Shown here piece after piece: positions 1 to 11,599 of a stretch of DNA of 64,000 nucleotides. The notes under the pieces were generated by a model, which had not been told where the DNA came from, made no database searches, and saw nothing but the letters and a program-made list of their open reading frames with translations. The stretch lies in contig OZ245838.1 of assembly GCA_965228735.1 (NCBI GenBank), forward strand, positions 5,792,001 to 5,856,000, in the 5' to 3' direction. The first letter of the stretch is position 1. Each line of letters opens with the position of its first letter. The position numbers were made by a program, and so were the translations under genes. This DNA is from Planctomycetota bacterium. Lineage in GTDB: Bacteria > Planctomycetota > UBA1135 > UBA2386.

Positions 1-382
1 GATCCGGGTGATCGAGCGCGAGCAGCGTCGCCTGCGCGCGGGCGAGGCCCGGCAGTCCGCGCGACTCGGCCCAGCCGACGAGGAACCACTGCGCGCGCGC
101 GTTCCCTTTGTGCTGGATCCGTCGTTTGCAGAACTCGCGCACGCGATGCGCCACGAGATCCATGTCGGCGATCGTCGTGCGCTCGACGCGCACGCGCTTG
201 CCGCCCTGCAGCACGACGATCTCCTTCGGCGCGGTCGCGCAGACGACGCGACCCGTGACGGTCTTGCCGTTCCGTAGGTGGATCTCGTCGCGCAGGTCGT
301 CCTGCGCGCCGGCGGTGACAGCGAGCAGCGCGGCTGCCCATGCACACAGCCAGCGCCGAGAGCGGCGAAACGCGGGGTCCAT
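1..382 (-). CDS. secreted hypothetical protein, runs off the window start (partial)
   Basis: Not in the ORF track; translated by hand: MDPAFRRSRRWLCAWAAALLAVTAGAQDDLRDEIHLRNGKTVTGRV... Signal-peptide-like N-terminus; TACACT 7 nt upstream of the ATG. Confidence 0.75.
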   Translation of the reverse strand, partial: MDPAFRRSRRWLCAWAAALLAVTAGAQDDLRDEIHLRNGKTVTGRVVCATAPKEIVVLQGGKRVRVERTTIADMDLVAHRVREFCKRRIQHKGNARAQWFLVGWAESRGLPGLARAQATLLALDHPD

Positions 383-579
383 GGCAGCGAGTGTAGCGCG
401 TCGTGGCGATCCGCGGGTGCTCGTCGAGCGGGTCGTCGAAGTGGCGAATCGCGGGCGTTACCCGGTGACCGAGCCGAACTAGAACGGAGATACCTGACGC
501 GAGGCGTCCGTGCGATTCGTCGCGCGGGCGCCCGCGGCGGGCAAAAGACCTGCCTGGCGTTCGCGGGACGGCAGCTCTG

Positions 580-2223
580 CTACGCGCGCGGTGCTGCGAG
601 GCGGCCGTAGTTGCGCACCGCGAGCGCGAAGCCGACGCCGAAGACGAACAGCGCCCACGCCCAGCCGAGGGCCAGGACGGCGGGCGTCCAGTCGGCCACG
701 ACCGCGCTGGAGAGCTGCGATCGCCGCGCCCACATCGAAATCGCGATCCAGCCGACGGCGGCGGGGGCGATGCCGAGTTTGAACGCGAACACGAGGACGA
801 GCGACGCGAAGAACCCGCGGCCGCCCTGCGCGACGTTGCCGCCCTCGTCGGGGCGCACGAGGATCGGCGTCGTGCCGACGAGCGCGAGCACGCCGAGCGC
901 CGTGGCGAGGCCGCCGAGCGCGATGACGAAGAACAGGCCGAGCGTTCGTGGCGCGGCTTCGAGCGCGTGGCCGCTGACCGCCGCGACGAGCACGAGCGGC
1001 CAGAGCAGCAGCAGGAACACGGCTTCGAGCTTGCCGCGCAGGATCTGCGAGTGCGCTGCCGGCGCCGTGACGTAGAGCGGCCACTGCGTGGCCTCCCATT
1101 GCACGAGGCGTCCCATGTGCGGGTAGAGCACGAGCATCGTCGCGAGGAACCACTGCGCGAGCATCGCACCGAGATGCCGCAGTTCGATCGGCAGGCGGTG
1201 GTCCGCGAGAATGCCGCCGACGAGCACCTGCCGTTCGACGAGCGCGAACACGAGGAAGGCGAAGATGAGGAAGCCGACGAGCGCGCCGGGTTGCTGCAGC
1301 ACCTGCGCGAGTTCTTTCTTCCGGATCGTCGCGGCTACGCTCGCGGGCCACCCGCGGCCGCGGCGACGTTTGCGGGCCGGTTCGGCGAGTCGGTGCGCTT
1401 CGAGCGCGCGTGGGTGCATGCGGGCGCCGAGCCAGAACAGCGCGCTGGCGAAGAGCAGCCACCACAGGCACGTCCGCAGCGCGCCGCCGTCGAGCTGTCC
1501 TTGCGCGGCGGCCCGCAGGAGCCGGGCCCCGGCGTCGACGGTCGCGGGCAGCGACTCCGCGTCGGCGGCGCGTTCGACGAAACGGCCGCCGCCTTCACTG
1601 CCGCCGAAGAGCACGACGAGCAGCCAGAGCGAGAACGCGGCGGAGGCGATCGCGCCGAGGCTCGTAAGGACGAGCCGCAGCAGCCGGCTTGCGAACAACC
1701 GCACGAGCGCGACCTGCACGACGAGCAGCGTCGCCATCAGCGGCGCCGTGCCGGTGACGATCGCGACGGGCAGCAGCGCATAGGCGAGGAGCGGCGCGCG
1801 GCCGTCGAGCAGCAGCGTCACGAGGAACGGGGCCGACAGCGCGGCGGCCCAGAGCGCGGCGAGGAAGCTGCTGCGGACGAAGATCTGCAGCGGTCCGCGC
1901 CACGCCGGCAGCGGCGAGCACTCCCAGAGGTCGAGCTCGGGTGTGTCGAACATCTGCCGCTGCGCGAGCGACAGTCCGAGCCACGTCGCGGTGATCGGGC
2001 ACGGCAGGAGCCCCATACCGATGAGGGCGAGCTGCCAGTCGCGCGGGTCGCGCCGGCGCAGCACGTCGATCAGCTCGGGATGGGCGACGAAGCTGCTCGC
2101 GAGCCAGTAGGACAGCAGCGCGAGCAGACCGAGGCCGATGCCGAGGTGCAGCAGAAGGCGCCGGCCGATGCGATCGCGGGGCAGGTTGCACAGCGCCAGC
2201 AGATCCGCGCGCAGCAGCTTCAT
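580..2223 (-). CDS. ABC transporter permease (multi-TM exporter subunit)
   Basis: Many hydrophobic segments in two blocks; MKLLRAD start overlaps the ATPase stop (ATGA). Confidence 0.75.
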   Translation of the reverse strand: MKLLRADLLALCNLPRDRIGRRLLLHLGIGLGLLALLSYWLASSFVAHPELIDVLRRRDPRDWQLALIGMGLLPCPITATWLGLSLAQRQMFDTPELDLWECSPLPAWRGPLQIFVRSSFLAALWAAALSAPFLVTLLLDGRAPLLAYALLPVAIVTGTAPLMATLLVVQVALVRLFASRLLRLVLTSLGAIASAAFSLWLLVVLFGGSEGGGRFVERAADAESLPATVDAGARLLRAAAQGQLDGGALRTCLWWLLFASALFWLGARMHPRALEAHRLAEPARKRRRGRGWPASVAATIRKKELAQVLQQPGALVGFLIFAFLVFALVERQVLVGGILADHRLPIELRHLGAMLAQWFLATMLVLYPHMGRLVQWEATQWPLYVTAPAAHSQILRGKLEAVFLLLLWPLVLVAAVSGHALEAAPRTLGLFFVIALGGLATALGVLALVGTTPILVRPDEGGNVAQGGRGFFASLVLVFAFKLGIAPAAVGWIAISMWARRSQLSSAVVADWTPAVLALGWAWALFVFGVGFALAVRNYGRLAAPRA

Positions 2224-3014
2224 CGCTCGGTCGGGCCGTCGGCAGGTGCGTCGGCGTCGATCACGCGCAGGAACGCGTCCTCGAACGAGCTCGTACCCTG
2301 CTGATCGCACAACTCTGCCGGGGTGCCTTCACAGCGCAGCCGGCCACCGGCGATCACGCCGACGCGGTCGCAGATCTCGGCGGCCACGTCGAGGACGTGC
2401 GTGCTCAGGAGGATGGTCGTGCCGTTCTTGCTCTCGGCGAGCAACAGGTCCTTGAAGCGCCGCGTGCTCAGCGGGTCGAGGCCCGTCGTCGGTTCGTCGA
2501 GCAGCAGCACGCGCGGCGCCGTGGTCAGGACCGCGGCGATGTGGACCTTCTTGCGCATGCCGTGCGAGTAGCCTTTGCAGAGTTCGTCCGCGGCCTCCTC
2601 GAGCGCGAGCAGGTCGAAGAGGCGGTCGCAGCGCTCGTCGCGCGTCTTGCGGTCGACGTTCCAGAAGCTCGCGACGAGCGCCACGTACTGGCGGCCCGTG
2701 AGGTAGTCGTAGAGCGGTGGCGTGTCGGGCACGAGGCCGACGACCTGTTTGCGCTGCCGGGTCTGCTGCGCGCTCGTGCCTGGGATGCCGGCGAGCGCGA
2801 GCTCCCCGACCGTCGGGCGCAGCAGCCCCGCGAGCATGCGGATCGTCGTGGTCTTGCCGGCGCCGTTCTGGCCGAGGAAGCCGTAGAGCTGCCCCTCGGG
2901 GATGCGCAACGTCAGATCCTGCACGGCCCACTTGCTGCCGAAGCGCCGGCCGAGACCGCTGGCCGCGATCATCGGCGCTGGCTCGGGCGTTGGTCCGGCG
3001 GCCGGTTCGCTCAC
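2220..3014 (-). CDS. ABC transporter ATP-binding protein
   Basis: Walker A GQNGAGKTT, signature YSHGM, Walker B LLLDEPT, H-loop STH. Confidence 0.95.
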   Translation of the reverse strand: MSEPAAGPTPEPAPMIAASGLGRRFGSKWAVQDLTLRIPEGQLYGFLGQNGAGKTTTIRMLAGLLRPTVGELALAGIPGTSAQQTRQRKQVVGLVPDTPPLYDYLTGRQYVALVASFWNVDRKTRDERCDRLFDLLALEEAADELCKGYSHGMRKKVHIAAVLTTAPRVLLLDEPTTGLDPLSTRRFKDLLLAESKNGTTILLSTHVLDVAAEICDRVGVIAGGRLRCEGTPAELCDQQGTSSFEDAFLRVIDADAPADGPTER

Positions 3015-3015
3015 G

Positions 3016-3786
3016 TCAGTCCTCGAACACCGCGGTCACGGGCACGTGGTCGCTCGGGCTCTTCTGCTGCCGGATGTCCTTGTGCACGATCACGTCGCGG
3101 CAGCGTTCGCTCGCGGGCGGCGACGTGAAGACGTAGTCGATGCGCAGGCCGTCGTCGACGAACGCAGCACCCGCGCGGTAGTGCCACCAGGTGAAGATGC
3201 CGCCCGCGTCCGTGTGCCGCCGCATCGCATCCTCGAGGCCGAACGCGAGCACGTTCTTCAGCGCGCTGCGCTCCGCGTCCGAACACAGGATCTTGCCGCG
3301 CCACCAGTCGGGGTCGTGCACGTCGCGGTCGTCGGTCGTGATGTTGAAGTCGCCGACGACTACGACCTTCTCCGTAGCCGCGTAGGTCGAGTCGAGGAAC
3401 GCGCGCAGCCGCCGCAGCCAGTCGAGCTTGAACTCGTACTTGTCGGAGCCGACCTCCTGCCCGTTCGGCACGTAGAGGTCGAGGATGCGGTAGCCGTTGA
3501 CCGTCGCGCCGATCACGCGCTTCTCGGCATCGGGCGGGTCGTCGGGAAAGCCCTCGATCACGTCCTCGATCGCGTGGCTCGCGAGGATCGCGACACCGTT
3601 GTAGCCCTTCTGGCCGATGAAGCGGATCTCGTAGCCCTCGTCCTCGAGCGCCTCGCGCGGGAACAGATCGTCCTGCACCTTGGTCTCCTGCAGGCAGAGG
3701 ACGTCGGGCTCGTGGTCGCGGAGAAAGTCCACGACGTGCGTCAGCCGGGCGCGGATGCCGTTGACGTTCCAGGTGCAGATCTTCAT
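3016..3786 (-). CDS. xth: exodeoxyribonuclease III
   Basis: TWNVNGIRAR, LCLQETK, GYNGVAI, GDFN, LRIDY and SDHVPV motifs. Confidence 0.95.
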   Translation of the reverse strand: MKICTWNVNGIRARLTHVVDFLRDHEPDVLCLQETKVQDDLFPREALEDEGYEIRFIGQKGYNGVAILASHAIEDVIEGFPDDPPDAEKRVIGATVNGYRILDLYVPNGQEVGSDKYEFKLDWLRRLRAFLDSTYAATEKVVVVGDFNITTDDRDVHDPDWWRGKILCSDAERSALKNVLAFGLEDAMRRHTDAGGIFTWWHYRAGAAFVDDGLRIDYVFTSPPASERCRDVIVHKDIRQQKSPSDHVPVTAVFED

Positions 3787-3896
3787 CGGGGTCGGCATTC
3801 AAGGGTGCGCGGCGGTCGAGGGAAAGGGCGCGCCCCCGCGAATCCCCGGCCTGCCATCTTGCCCGTTGCCGAGCGGCCGCGTCAGATATCCCGATC

Positions 3897-5189
3897 ATGC
3901 GATCGCTGCGACTGTTGCCCGTTCTGTTCTTGTTCTTCGCGGCCTGTGCGACGCCGCGCTTCGTGCCGATGGTGGACGCGCAGAAGGACGCGATCCGCGC
4001 GGTCGCGCCGGAGCTGAAGGACGCCGACGTGATCGTGCTCGGCGAGCATCACAACACGCCGACGATCCACCGCACGCACATGGCGCTGATCGAGGCCGTG
4101 CATGCGGAGCGCCCCGCCGTGGTGATCGCGATGGAGATGTTCGAACGCGACGTGCAGGAGGTGCTCGACCAGTACCTCGCGGGCGAGGTCGAGGAGTCGG
4201 TGTTCCTCGAACGGTCGCGGCCGTGGTCGGAGTATGCGCGCGACTACCGTCCGTTCGTCGAGTTCGCGAAGGAGCACGGCCTGCCGGTCATCGCGGCGAA
4301 CGCGCCGCGGCCGCTCGCGCGCAAGGTCGCGTTCGAGGGCATCGAGAGCGTCGCGGGTTCGAAGGACATCGCGCGCGAGACGACGGCGCCCGAGGACGCG
4401 TACTGGGATGCGTTCGTCGATGCGATGGGGGAGCACGGCGGCATGCTCGGCGAGGACGCGATGGCGCGGTTCTACGCGGCGCAGTGCCTCAAGGACGACA
4501 CGATGGCCGAGTCGATCTGTGATCACCTCGCGGCTGCGCCGGCCGGCGAGCGCCCGGTCGTGTTCTTCATCTGCGGCAAGATGCACAGCGATCACCGGCG
4601 CGGCACCGTGCAGCGGATCGCGCAGCGCATGCCGGAGCTGCAGATCGAGGTGTTCTCCGTTCAGGTTGCCGACAACGTGCTGGCCGGCTCGTTCGACGTG
4701 GCGAGCGGCGTCGCCGACTACGTGATCGTAACGAACGAGAAGCCGCCGGAGGCGAAGACCGGGCGCGGCGACAAGACCGCGAAGCACGACGGCAAGGGCG
4801 AGGCGGAGCACGCCGGCGGCGAGCACGAGGGCCGGGAACACGAGGGCCGGGAGCACGCCGACCCGCACGCCGCGGCGTCGGCGGGTGCGGGCGAGGAGGC
4901 GATGGACACGAGCGGCATGCGGCCGGCCCTCGGCTTCATGCCGGGCTACGGTGCGACGGAAGCCGGCCTGCTCGTCGACAACGTGCGGCCCGATGGTCCC
5001 GCTGCCACGGCCGGAATCGAGGGCGGCGACGTGATCGTCGAGCTCGCGGGTTTCGAGATCGTCGACATCAACGACTACGCCGAGGTCCTCGACGAACTGA
5101 AGATCGGCAGCACCGTCAAGGTGAAGCTCAAGCGCGGCGACGAGACCAAGGAAGTCGACGTCAAGGTCGGCATGCGCCCCGGTCGCTGA
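3897..5189 (+). CDS. ChaN-family (haem-uptake-like) lipoprotein with His/Glu-rich linker and C-terminal PDZ domain
   Basis: Lipobox FAAC; LGEHH, AMEMFER, IAAN, AQCLKDDTMAESI; PDZ-like LGFMP...VRPDGPAATAGIEGGDVIV. Confidence 0.8.
   Translation: MRSLRLLPVLFLFFAACATPRFVPMVDAQKDAIRAVAPELKDADVIVLGEHHNTPTIHRTHMALIEAVHAERPAVVIAMEMFERDVQEVLDQYLAGEVEESVFLERSRPWSEYARDYRPFVEFAKEHGLPVIAANAPRPLARKVAFEGIESVAGSKDIARETTAPEDAYWDAFVDAMGEHGGMLGEDAMARFYAAQCLKDDTMAESICDHLAAAPAGERPVVFFICGKMHSDHRRGTVQRIAQRMPELQIEVFSVQVADNVLAGSFDVASGVADYVIVTNEKPPEAKTGRGDKTAKHDGKGEAEHAGGEHEGREHEGREHADPHAAASAGAGEEAMDTSGMRPALGFMPGYGATEAGLLVDNVRPDGPAATAGIEGGDVIVELAGFEIVDINDYAEVLDELKIGSTVKVKLKRGDETKEVDVKVGMRPGR
4821..4857 (+). repeat. 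in-frame 15-bp tandem repeat encoding EHEGR-EHEGR-EH
   Basis: gagcacgagggccgg gaacacgagggccgg gagcacg. Confidence 0.7.
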
Positions 5190-5224
5190 CCACGGCGCTG
5201 ACCCTGGGGGGTGGATGCCGGATC

Positions 5225-5242
5225 GAACCGGGTACCGTACGC
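5225..5242. repeat. degenerate fragment of the palindromic repeat family
   Basis: gaaccgggtaccgtacgc matches gaaccaggtaccgtacgc (8483-8500) at 17/18 nt; intergenic. Confidence 0.6.
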
Positions 5243-5315
5243 CGGAAACCGGTGGTCGGCAGGGGGCTGCCCGGATCACGGCTGTCGGTCATACTGCGGG
5301 CGATCTGTCCGCCCG

Positions 5316-7202
5316 ATGCGCCGTTCTCTCCTTCCGCTCGCCGTCTCGCTCGCCCTGGCGTCATTGACCGCGCAGGAGCCGTTGCCGAAGAGCGCGGGGT
5401 TCGGCGCGGTCTACCATGACGTCGAACTCGACGTGGCGACCGGCAACCCGCTGCACCTCGGGGTCGCGGTCGATGCGGCGACGGGGCGGATCTACGTGTC
5501 CGCGACGGGCGCCGGTGGCGCGCCGCCGCACCTGATCTACGAGTTCGACGCGACCGGCGCACCGCTCTCGCAGTTCCAGCAGCCAGCGGTGCACGACGCG
5601 AGCCCGTTCGGCATGCGCGATCTCGCGTTCGACGGCGCGAGTCTCATCGGCGGCAGCGAGGTCGGCATCTCGGTCATCACGCCGACCGGTCAGCTCGGCA
5701 ATCAGGTGCTCGCCGCGAACGGTCCGCAGCCGGTGACGCAGCCGATCACGGGGCCCGTGCTCGCGCAGCTCGCGGTCGTTCGCGCGATCGCGTTCGACCC
5801 CGCGGGGAACGGCGGCAACGGTTCGCTGCTCGTCGCCGACTTCAGCTCGCCGATCTTCGAGATCGATCTCGCCGGGAACGTGCTCGCGACGTTCGCCAAC
5901 CAGGGTTGGTCGGCCTACGGCCTGACGCTCGACCCGACGACCGGCAACGTCTGGGTCTTCGCCGGGCCCGGCGGGCAGATCGAGGAGCTCGACCGCGCGA
6001 CGATGACGCCGACCGGGCGACGCCTCGCGCCCGTGCTCGATGGCGCGGCGACGAGTCCCGGTGGCCTCGCGCTCGCGAGTCCGGTCGCTGGTCATCACGA
6101 GCCGTGGCCGAACGAGGCCGCGTTCGTGCACGTCGTCCAGGGCGCGACGGACCACCTCGGCGTGCAACGCGTGCACCTGTGGCCCGGCGTCCCCGGCTGG
6201 GACGAGCTGCAACTCCGCGTCGGCAGCAACTCCGGTCCGCGCACCGATCGCAGGGCTACGTTCTGGGTCGGTGACGTGCTCGACTTCGAACCGTTCGACC
6301 CGACGGGGCTGCGGAACGGACAGCCCGTCTGGATCGTGTTCAACGTCTACAACGACGCCAACCGCAACGGCACGACCGACCTGAGCTTCCTGCTCCCCGG
6401 CACGGGCATCCTCGCCGAGCACCGCTCGATCAACGCGGTGAGCGTGCCGGCGTCCGGCACCGCGCTCATCACGACGGGCGCCGTCGGCCAGGTGTCGTCG
6501 TGGCAGCTGCCGCCGGCGATCCCGCTCGTCGATCGCGACCTGTTCCGCATGCAGGCGCTCTACATCGAGCCGCAGAGCCCGCAGGCGCAGATCGCGTCGA
6601 CCAACGAGGCGCTCTGGCAGGCGGTCGCCGGGGAGCGCGGGATCGTCGTCGAAGCCAACGGGCCGACGAGCTTCAACGGCGGCGCGGCCCCGCCGTTCTG
6701 GCGCGTGCGGAGCGACCTGACGCACGGCCACGGCGCGATCACCGCGGTCGAGATCTCGACGATCGGCGCCGTGCCGCCCGCCGCACTGCAGCAGTTCGAC
6801 GTCGATCAGAACAGCATGACGGACCGCTTCGACGGCGGGAACTCGACGCAGCCGGGGTTCCGCGGCACCTACCGGAACGGCAGCGACGTGACCTGCGGGC
6901 TCGACTACCAGGCGGCCGCGGTCTACGTGGCCCCGTTCCACGGTGCCGGCGAGAGCGCGGGCGTGCGGTTCACCTCGCCGCCGGATCCCGCCGGCTACGT
7001 CGCGGACCTGAACTTCTCGTTCGCCGCCTTCGGCTCCGGCAAGACGTTCGAGTTCGATTGCGACACCGACGGCGGTGCGGCGAGCGGCGCCGATCACGCC
7101 GGCATGGTGATCCGCGTCACGACGGTCAACTCGGGGATTCTGACGGGGATGCTGGCGGTCGATCCGACGGTCCCGGGCCGCGCCGTCGTCTGGTTCCCGT
7201 AG
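5316..7202 (+). CDS. secreted protein with beta-propeller-like N-terminal region
   Basis: Signal peptide MRRSLLPLAVSLALASLTAQ; blade-like repeats (GVAVDAATGRIYV, DLAFDG, AIAFDP, GLTLDPTTGNVWV). Confidence 0.7.
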   Translation: MRRSLLPLAVSLALASLTAQEPLPKSAGFGAVYHDVELDVATGNPLHLGVAVDAATGRIYVSATGAGGAPPHLIYEFDATGAPLSQFQQPAVHDASPFGMRDLAFDGASLIGGSEVGISVITPTGQLGNQVLAANGPQPVTQPITGPVLAQLAVVRAIAFDPAGNGGNGSLLVADFSSPIFEIDLAGNVLATFANQGWSAYGLTLDPTTGNVWVFAGPGGQIEELDRATMTPTGRRLAPVLDGAATSPGGLALASPVAGHHEPWPNEAAFVHVVQGATDHLGVQRVHLWPGVPGWDELQLRVGSNSGPRTDRRATFWVGDVLDFEPFDPTGLRNGQPVWIVFNVYNDANRNGTTDLSFLLPGTGILAEHRSINAVSVPASGTALITTGAVGQVSSWQLPPAIPLVDRDLFRMQALYIEPQSPQAQIASTNEALWQAVAGERGIVVEANGPTSFNGGAAPPFWRVRSDLTHGHGAITAVEISTIGAVPPAALQQFDVDQNSMTDRFDGGNSTQPGFRGTYRNGSDVTCGLDYQAAAVYVAPFHGAGESAGVRFTSPPDPAGYVADLNFSFAAFGSGKTFEFDCDTDGGAASGADHAGMVIRVTTVNSGILTGMLAVDPTVPGRAVVWFP

Positions 7203-7344
7203 CGCCCGCCGCGCCCGTTTCCCGGCGCCCGCCGCGCCTGATTCCGCTCCGCCGCGCGGGTTACGACGGGGACCGGTTCGAGCGTGGCGTTCGCGGGGGT
7301 GAGTCCCTAACATGTTCGCCCCTTTTCGACGGACGAACTGCGCA

Positions 7345-8412
7345 GTGACCGATTCCCTCCAGATCACGGACATCCCCGCCCCCGGCTACGAGCGCGTCGT
7401 TCGTGGCGTCGACCCGGAGAGCGGGTTGCATGCGATCATCTCGGTGCACGATACGACGCTGGGCCCGGCCCTCGGCGGCCTGCGGATGTGGCCCTACGCC
7501 AGTGAGGAAGAGGCGCTGTTCGACGTACAGCGGCTGAGCAAGGGGATGACCTACAAGTCGGCCGTGGCCCAGACCGGGCTCGGCGGCGGCAAGGCGGTGA
7601 TCATCGGCGACCCGAAGACGACCAAGTCCGAGGCCCTGTATCTGGCCATGGGGCGGCTCGTCGATTCCCTGAACGGGCAGTACATCACGGCCGAGGACGT
7701 GAACACCTCGCTCGCCGACTGCGCGATCGTCCGGCGGGCGACCAAGTACGTGACCGGCCTCGCGCCCGAGGACGGCGGCAGCGGTAACCCCTCGCCCTAC
7801 ACGGCCTACGGTGTGTTCCTCGGCATCAAGGCGGCGCTCGGCCACGTGTTCGGCGACGACTCGTGCAGCGGCCGGACCGTCGTGATCCAGGGGCTCGGGG
7901 CGGTCGGCAGCGCGCTCGCCCGCCGGCTCGCCGAGGACGGCGCCAAGGTCTACGGCGCCGACCGCAACGAGGAGAAGGTCCAGGGGCTCGCCGACGAGAT
8001 CGGCCTGGTTCCGCTCGCGGACGAGCAGGTCATGACGACGGAGTGCGACGTGTTCGCCCCGTGCGCGCTCGGCGCGATCCTCAACGACGAGACCATCCCG
8101 GGCCTCAAGACCCCGATCATCGCCGGTGCTGCGAACAACGTCCTGCTCGAGAGCAAGCACGGTGCGATGCTGCGCGAGCGCGAGATCCTCTACGCCCCGG
8201 ACTACGTGATCAACGCCGGCGGCATCATCAACGTGTCCGTCGAGTTCCACGACGGCGGCTACGACGAGCAGGTCGCGCTGCAGAAGATCGAGCGCATCCC
8301 GGTCGCGCTCAAGCAGCTCTGGACGATCGCCAACGAAGAGAACATCCCGACGAGCGCCGCCGCCGACCGCCTGGCCGAGCGCATCCTCGCGGACGCCCGC
8401 CAGCAGGCGTGA
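7345..8412 (+). CDS. Glu/Leu/Phe/Val dehydrogenase (leucine dehydrogenase-like)
   Basis: HDTTLGPALGGLRM, KGMTYKSA, GGGKAVI, TAEDVN, QGLGAVG, PCALG, GAANN, YAPDYVINAGG. Confidence 0.93.
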   Translation: MTDSLQITDIPAPGYERVVRGVDPESGLHAIISVHDTTLGPALGGLRMWPYASEEEALFDVQRLSKGMTYKSAVAQTGLGGGKAVIIGDPKTTKSEALYLAMGRLVDSLNGQYITAEDVNTSLADCAIVRRATKYVTGLAPEDGGSGNPSPYTAYGVFLGIKAALGHVFGDDSCSGRTVVIQGLGAVGSALARRLAEDGAKVYGADRNEEKVQGLADEIGLVPLADEQVMTTECDVFAPCALGAILNDETIPGLKTPIIAGAANNVLLESKHGAMLREREILYAPDYVINAGGIINVSVEFHDGGYDEQVALQKIERIPVALKQLWTIANEENIPTSAAADRLAERILADARQQA

Positions 8413-8512
8413 GCCTTGCGTACGGTACCTGGTTCATCCTGCCGGCGAGCGCGCGGCGGAGCCGCGCGCTCGCCGGCAGGATGAACCAGGTACCGTACGC
8501 AAGGCTCACGCC
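8406..8512. repeat. perfect 52-bp inverted repeat (107-bp palindrome, 3-nt loop) between convergent genes; REP/MITE-like, could also act as a bidirectional terminator
   Basis: 8406-8457 is the exact reverse complement of 8461-8512; loop GGA. Confidence 0.95.
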
Positions 8513-9404
8513 GGCGGATACGTCATCACTTCCGCGCCGTCGTCGTGGATGAAGATCGTGTGCTCGAACTGCGCGATGCGCACGCCGGGCTTCTCGCACA
8601 GCGGCGGATAGTCGTCGATCAGCTTCTTTCTGTGCAGCAGCTTCAGCGCTGACTCGCACGCGTCGATCGAACCGAGCCAGCGCACGAGATCACGCCGCGC
8701 GAACGGCAGCCGCATCGTCTGCTCCATCGCTTCCTTGACGTCCTTCGGCAGGTTGTCGCGCGGCTTGACCGGGCGCTTGAGCATGAAGACCTCGCTCTTG
8801 CCGTCGATGTCGATCATGCCCTTGCCGTCGCTCGCGAACGGTTCGCACGCGATCGTCATGTTGGACCGCAGCTTGCCCGCCTTGGGGTCGGCGTAGTTGG
8901 GGATCTGCGGCGCGCAGTGGATCGTGTAGCGCGCGACGCCATGGCCGCAGAGGTTCCGCACGGGCTGGAAGCCGAGGTTCTCGATCGTGTCCTCGACCTC
9001 GCGGCCGATCTCCGTGAGCGATACGCCCGGGCCCATCCGGCTGATCGCGTTCTCGAGTGCCATCTTGCTCGCGGTCGCGAGCAGCGAGTCCTCGCCGTCG
9101 CGCAGATCGACCGTCGTCGCGTTGTCGGTCACGTAGCCGTCGACCTGCGTGCCGCAGTCGAGCTTGACGATGTCGCCCTCCTCGACCGTCGTCGGGTCGT
9201 TCGGCGGCGAGCAGTAGTGCGCCGCGATGTGGTTGCGCGACACCTGGGCGGGGAACGCCGGCGAGCCGCCCATCTCGCGGATCGTGGCCTCGACCGTGCG
9301 CTGGATCTCCTCGATCCGCGCGCCGGGGACGATCATCTTGCGGCCCTTCGCGAGCGCCGTGGACGAGATCCGGCCGGACTCCCGCAGCTTGTCGAGATCG
9401 ATCT

Positions 9405-9408
<4 letters not shown>
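8506..9408 (-). CDS. map: methionine aminopeptidase, type II
   Basis: [37 protein letters not shown], helical insert with LPFARR...YPPLCE, AQFEHT. Confidence 0.9.
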
Positions 9409-10592
<1,184 letters not shown>

Positions 10593-10670
10593 CGTCTGGG
10601 TCGTGGCCCGCGGTGGCGGGCCGGGCATTCTGCGGCTAGAACCGGAGCAACGCCACACATGAGAGGGCCC

Positions 10671-11156
10671 ATGGCAGGGATGTCGACGAAGAATCGAGGC
10701 GGTCACGTGCCGATCCGCCAGAACCCAATCGGTCCAGGACTGATCGGCCAGAACGCGCGCGGCGCAACCGTCGCGCTCGCGCTTTTCTGGCTGTGGGCCG
10801 CGGCCTGCAGTTCGGCGCCGGCGCCGGTGCCGCCGCTGCAGCCGCGCCCGGTGGTCGAACTCGAGCGCTGGGAGGCGCGCGACGGCGATCGGCTGCTCGG
10901 CAACCTCGTCGAGTTCGAGATCCAGGACCCGGCCGCTCCCGTGCGTTTCTACCAGATCGAGGACGCGGCGGGCCGCATCGTCGGCTCGGCCACGGCCAGC
11001 CGCCGGTTCAGCCGGCGCGTGCCGTTCCAGGACGAAGAGCAGGACGTCGGCGTCTGGTCGCTCGCGAGCGGCGTGGCCCGCCTGTTCGAATTGCCCGCGG
11101 GGCGAACGGTGAAGCTCACGGCCATTCCGGTCGAGGCCGACGCGCGCAAGCGATGA
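10671..11156 (+). CDS. hypothetical lipoprotein (start uncertain)
   Basis: Hydrophobic stretch ending WAAAC; stop overlaps the next ATG. Confidence 0.6.
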   Translation: MAGMSTKNRGGHVPIRQNPIGPGLIGQNARGATVALALFWLWAAACSSAPAPVPPLQPRPVVELERWEARDGDRLLGNLVEFEIQDPAAPVRFYQIEDAAGRIVGSATASRRFSRRVPFQDEEQDVGVWSLASGVARLFELPAGRTVKLTAIPVEADARKR

Positions 11157-11599
11157 GTGACGGTGGGATGGATGACGGGTCGGCCGGCGGCGAGTCGATC
11201 GGCGGTGAGGCTGTCGGCGGGAAGGACCGCGAACTGCAGCAGGCGTTCGTCGACAAGGTCGGCGTGCGCGGCGCGCAGCGGCACATCTTCCTCTGCAGCG
11301 ACCAGACCAAGCCCAAGTGCTGCGACCGCGACGCCGGGCTCGCCGCCTGGGACTACCTCAAGCGCCGACTCAAGGAGCTCGGACTCAGCGAGGCCGGCGG
11401 CGTGCTGCGCACCAAGGCCAACTGCCTGCGGATCTGCCACGGCGGCCCGGTCGCGGTCGTCTACCCCGAGGGTGCCTGGTACGGCGGCTGCACCGCGGAC
11501 GTGCTCGAGGAGATCATCCAGCGGCACCTCATCGGCGGCGAGATCGTGCGCGAGCACCTCGTGGCCGAACGCCGGCTGGATGCGGGGCCCCCGAACTGA
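11153..11599 (+). CDS. thioredoxin-like [2Fe-2S] ferredoxin
   Basis: [38 protein letters not shown]. Confidence 0.88.
   Translation: MSDGGMDDGSAGGESIGGEAVGGKDRELQQAFVDKVGVRGAQRHIFLCSDQTKPKCCDRDAGLAAWDYLKRRLKELGLSEAGGVLRTKANCLRICHGGPVAVVYPEGAWYGGCTADVLEEIIQRHLIGGEIVREHLVAERRLDAGPPN

Noticed and set aside
5222..7282. Imperfect inverted repeats (tcgaaccgg...ccgt) flanking the 5316-7202 gene as a mobile unit
   Set aside because: The match is short and GC-rich, with no target duplication; chance is likely.
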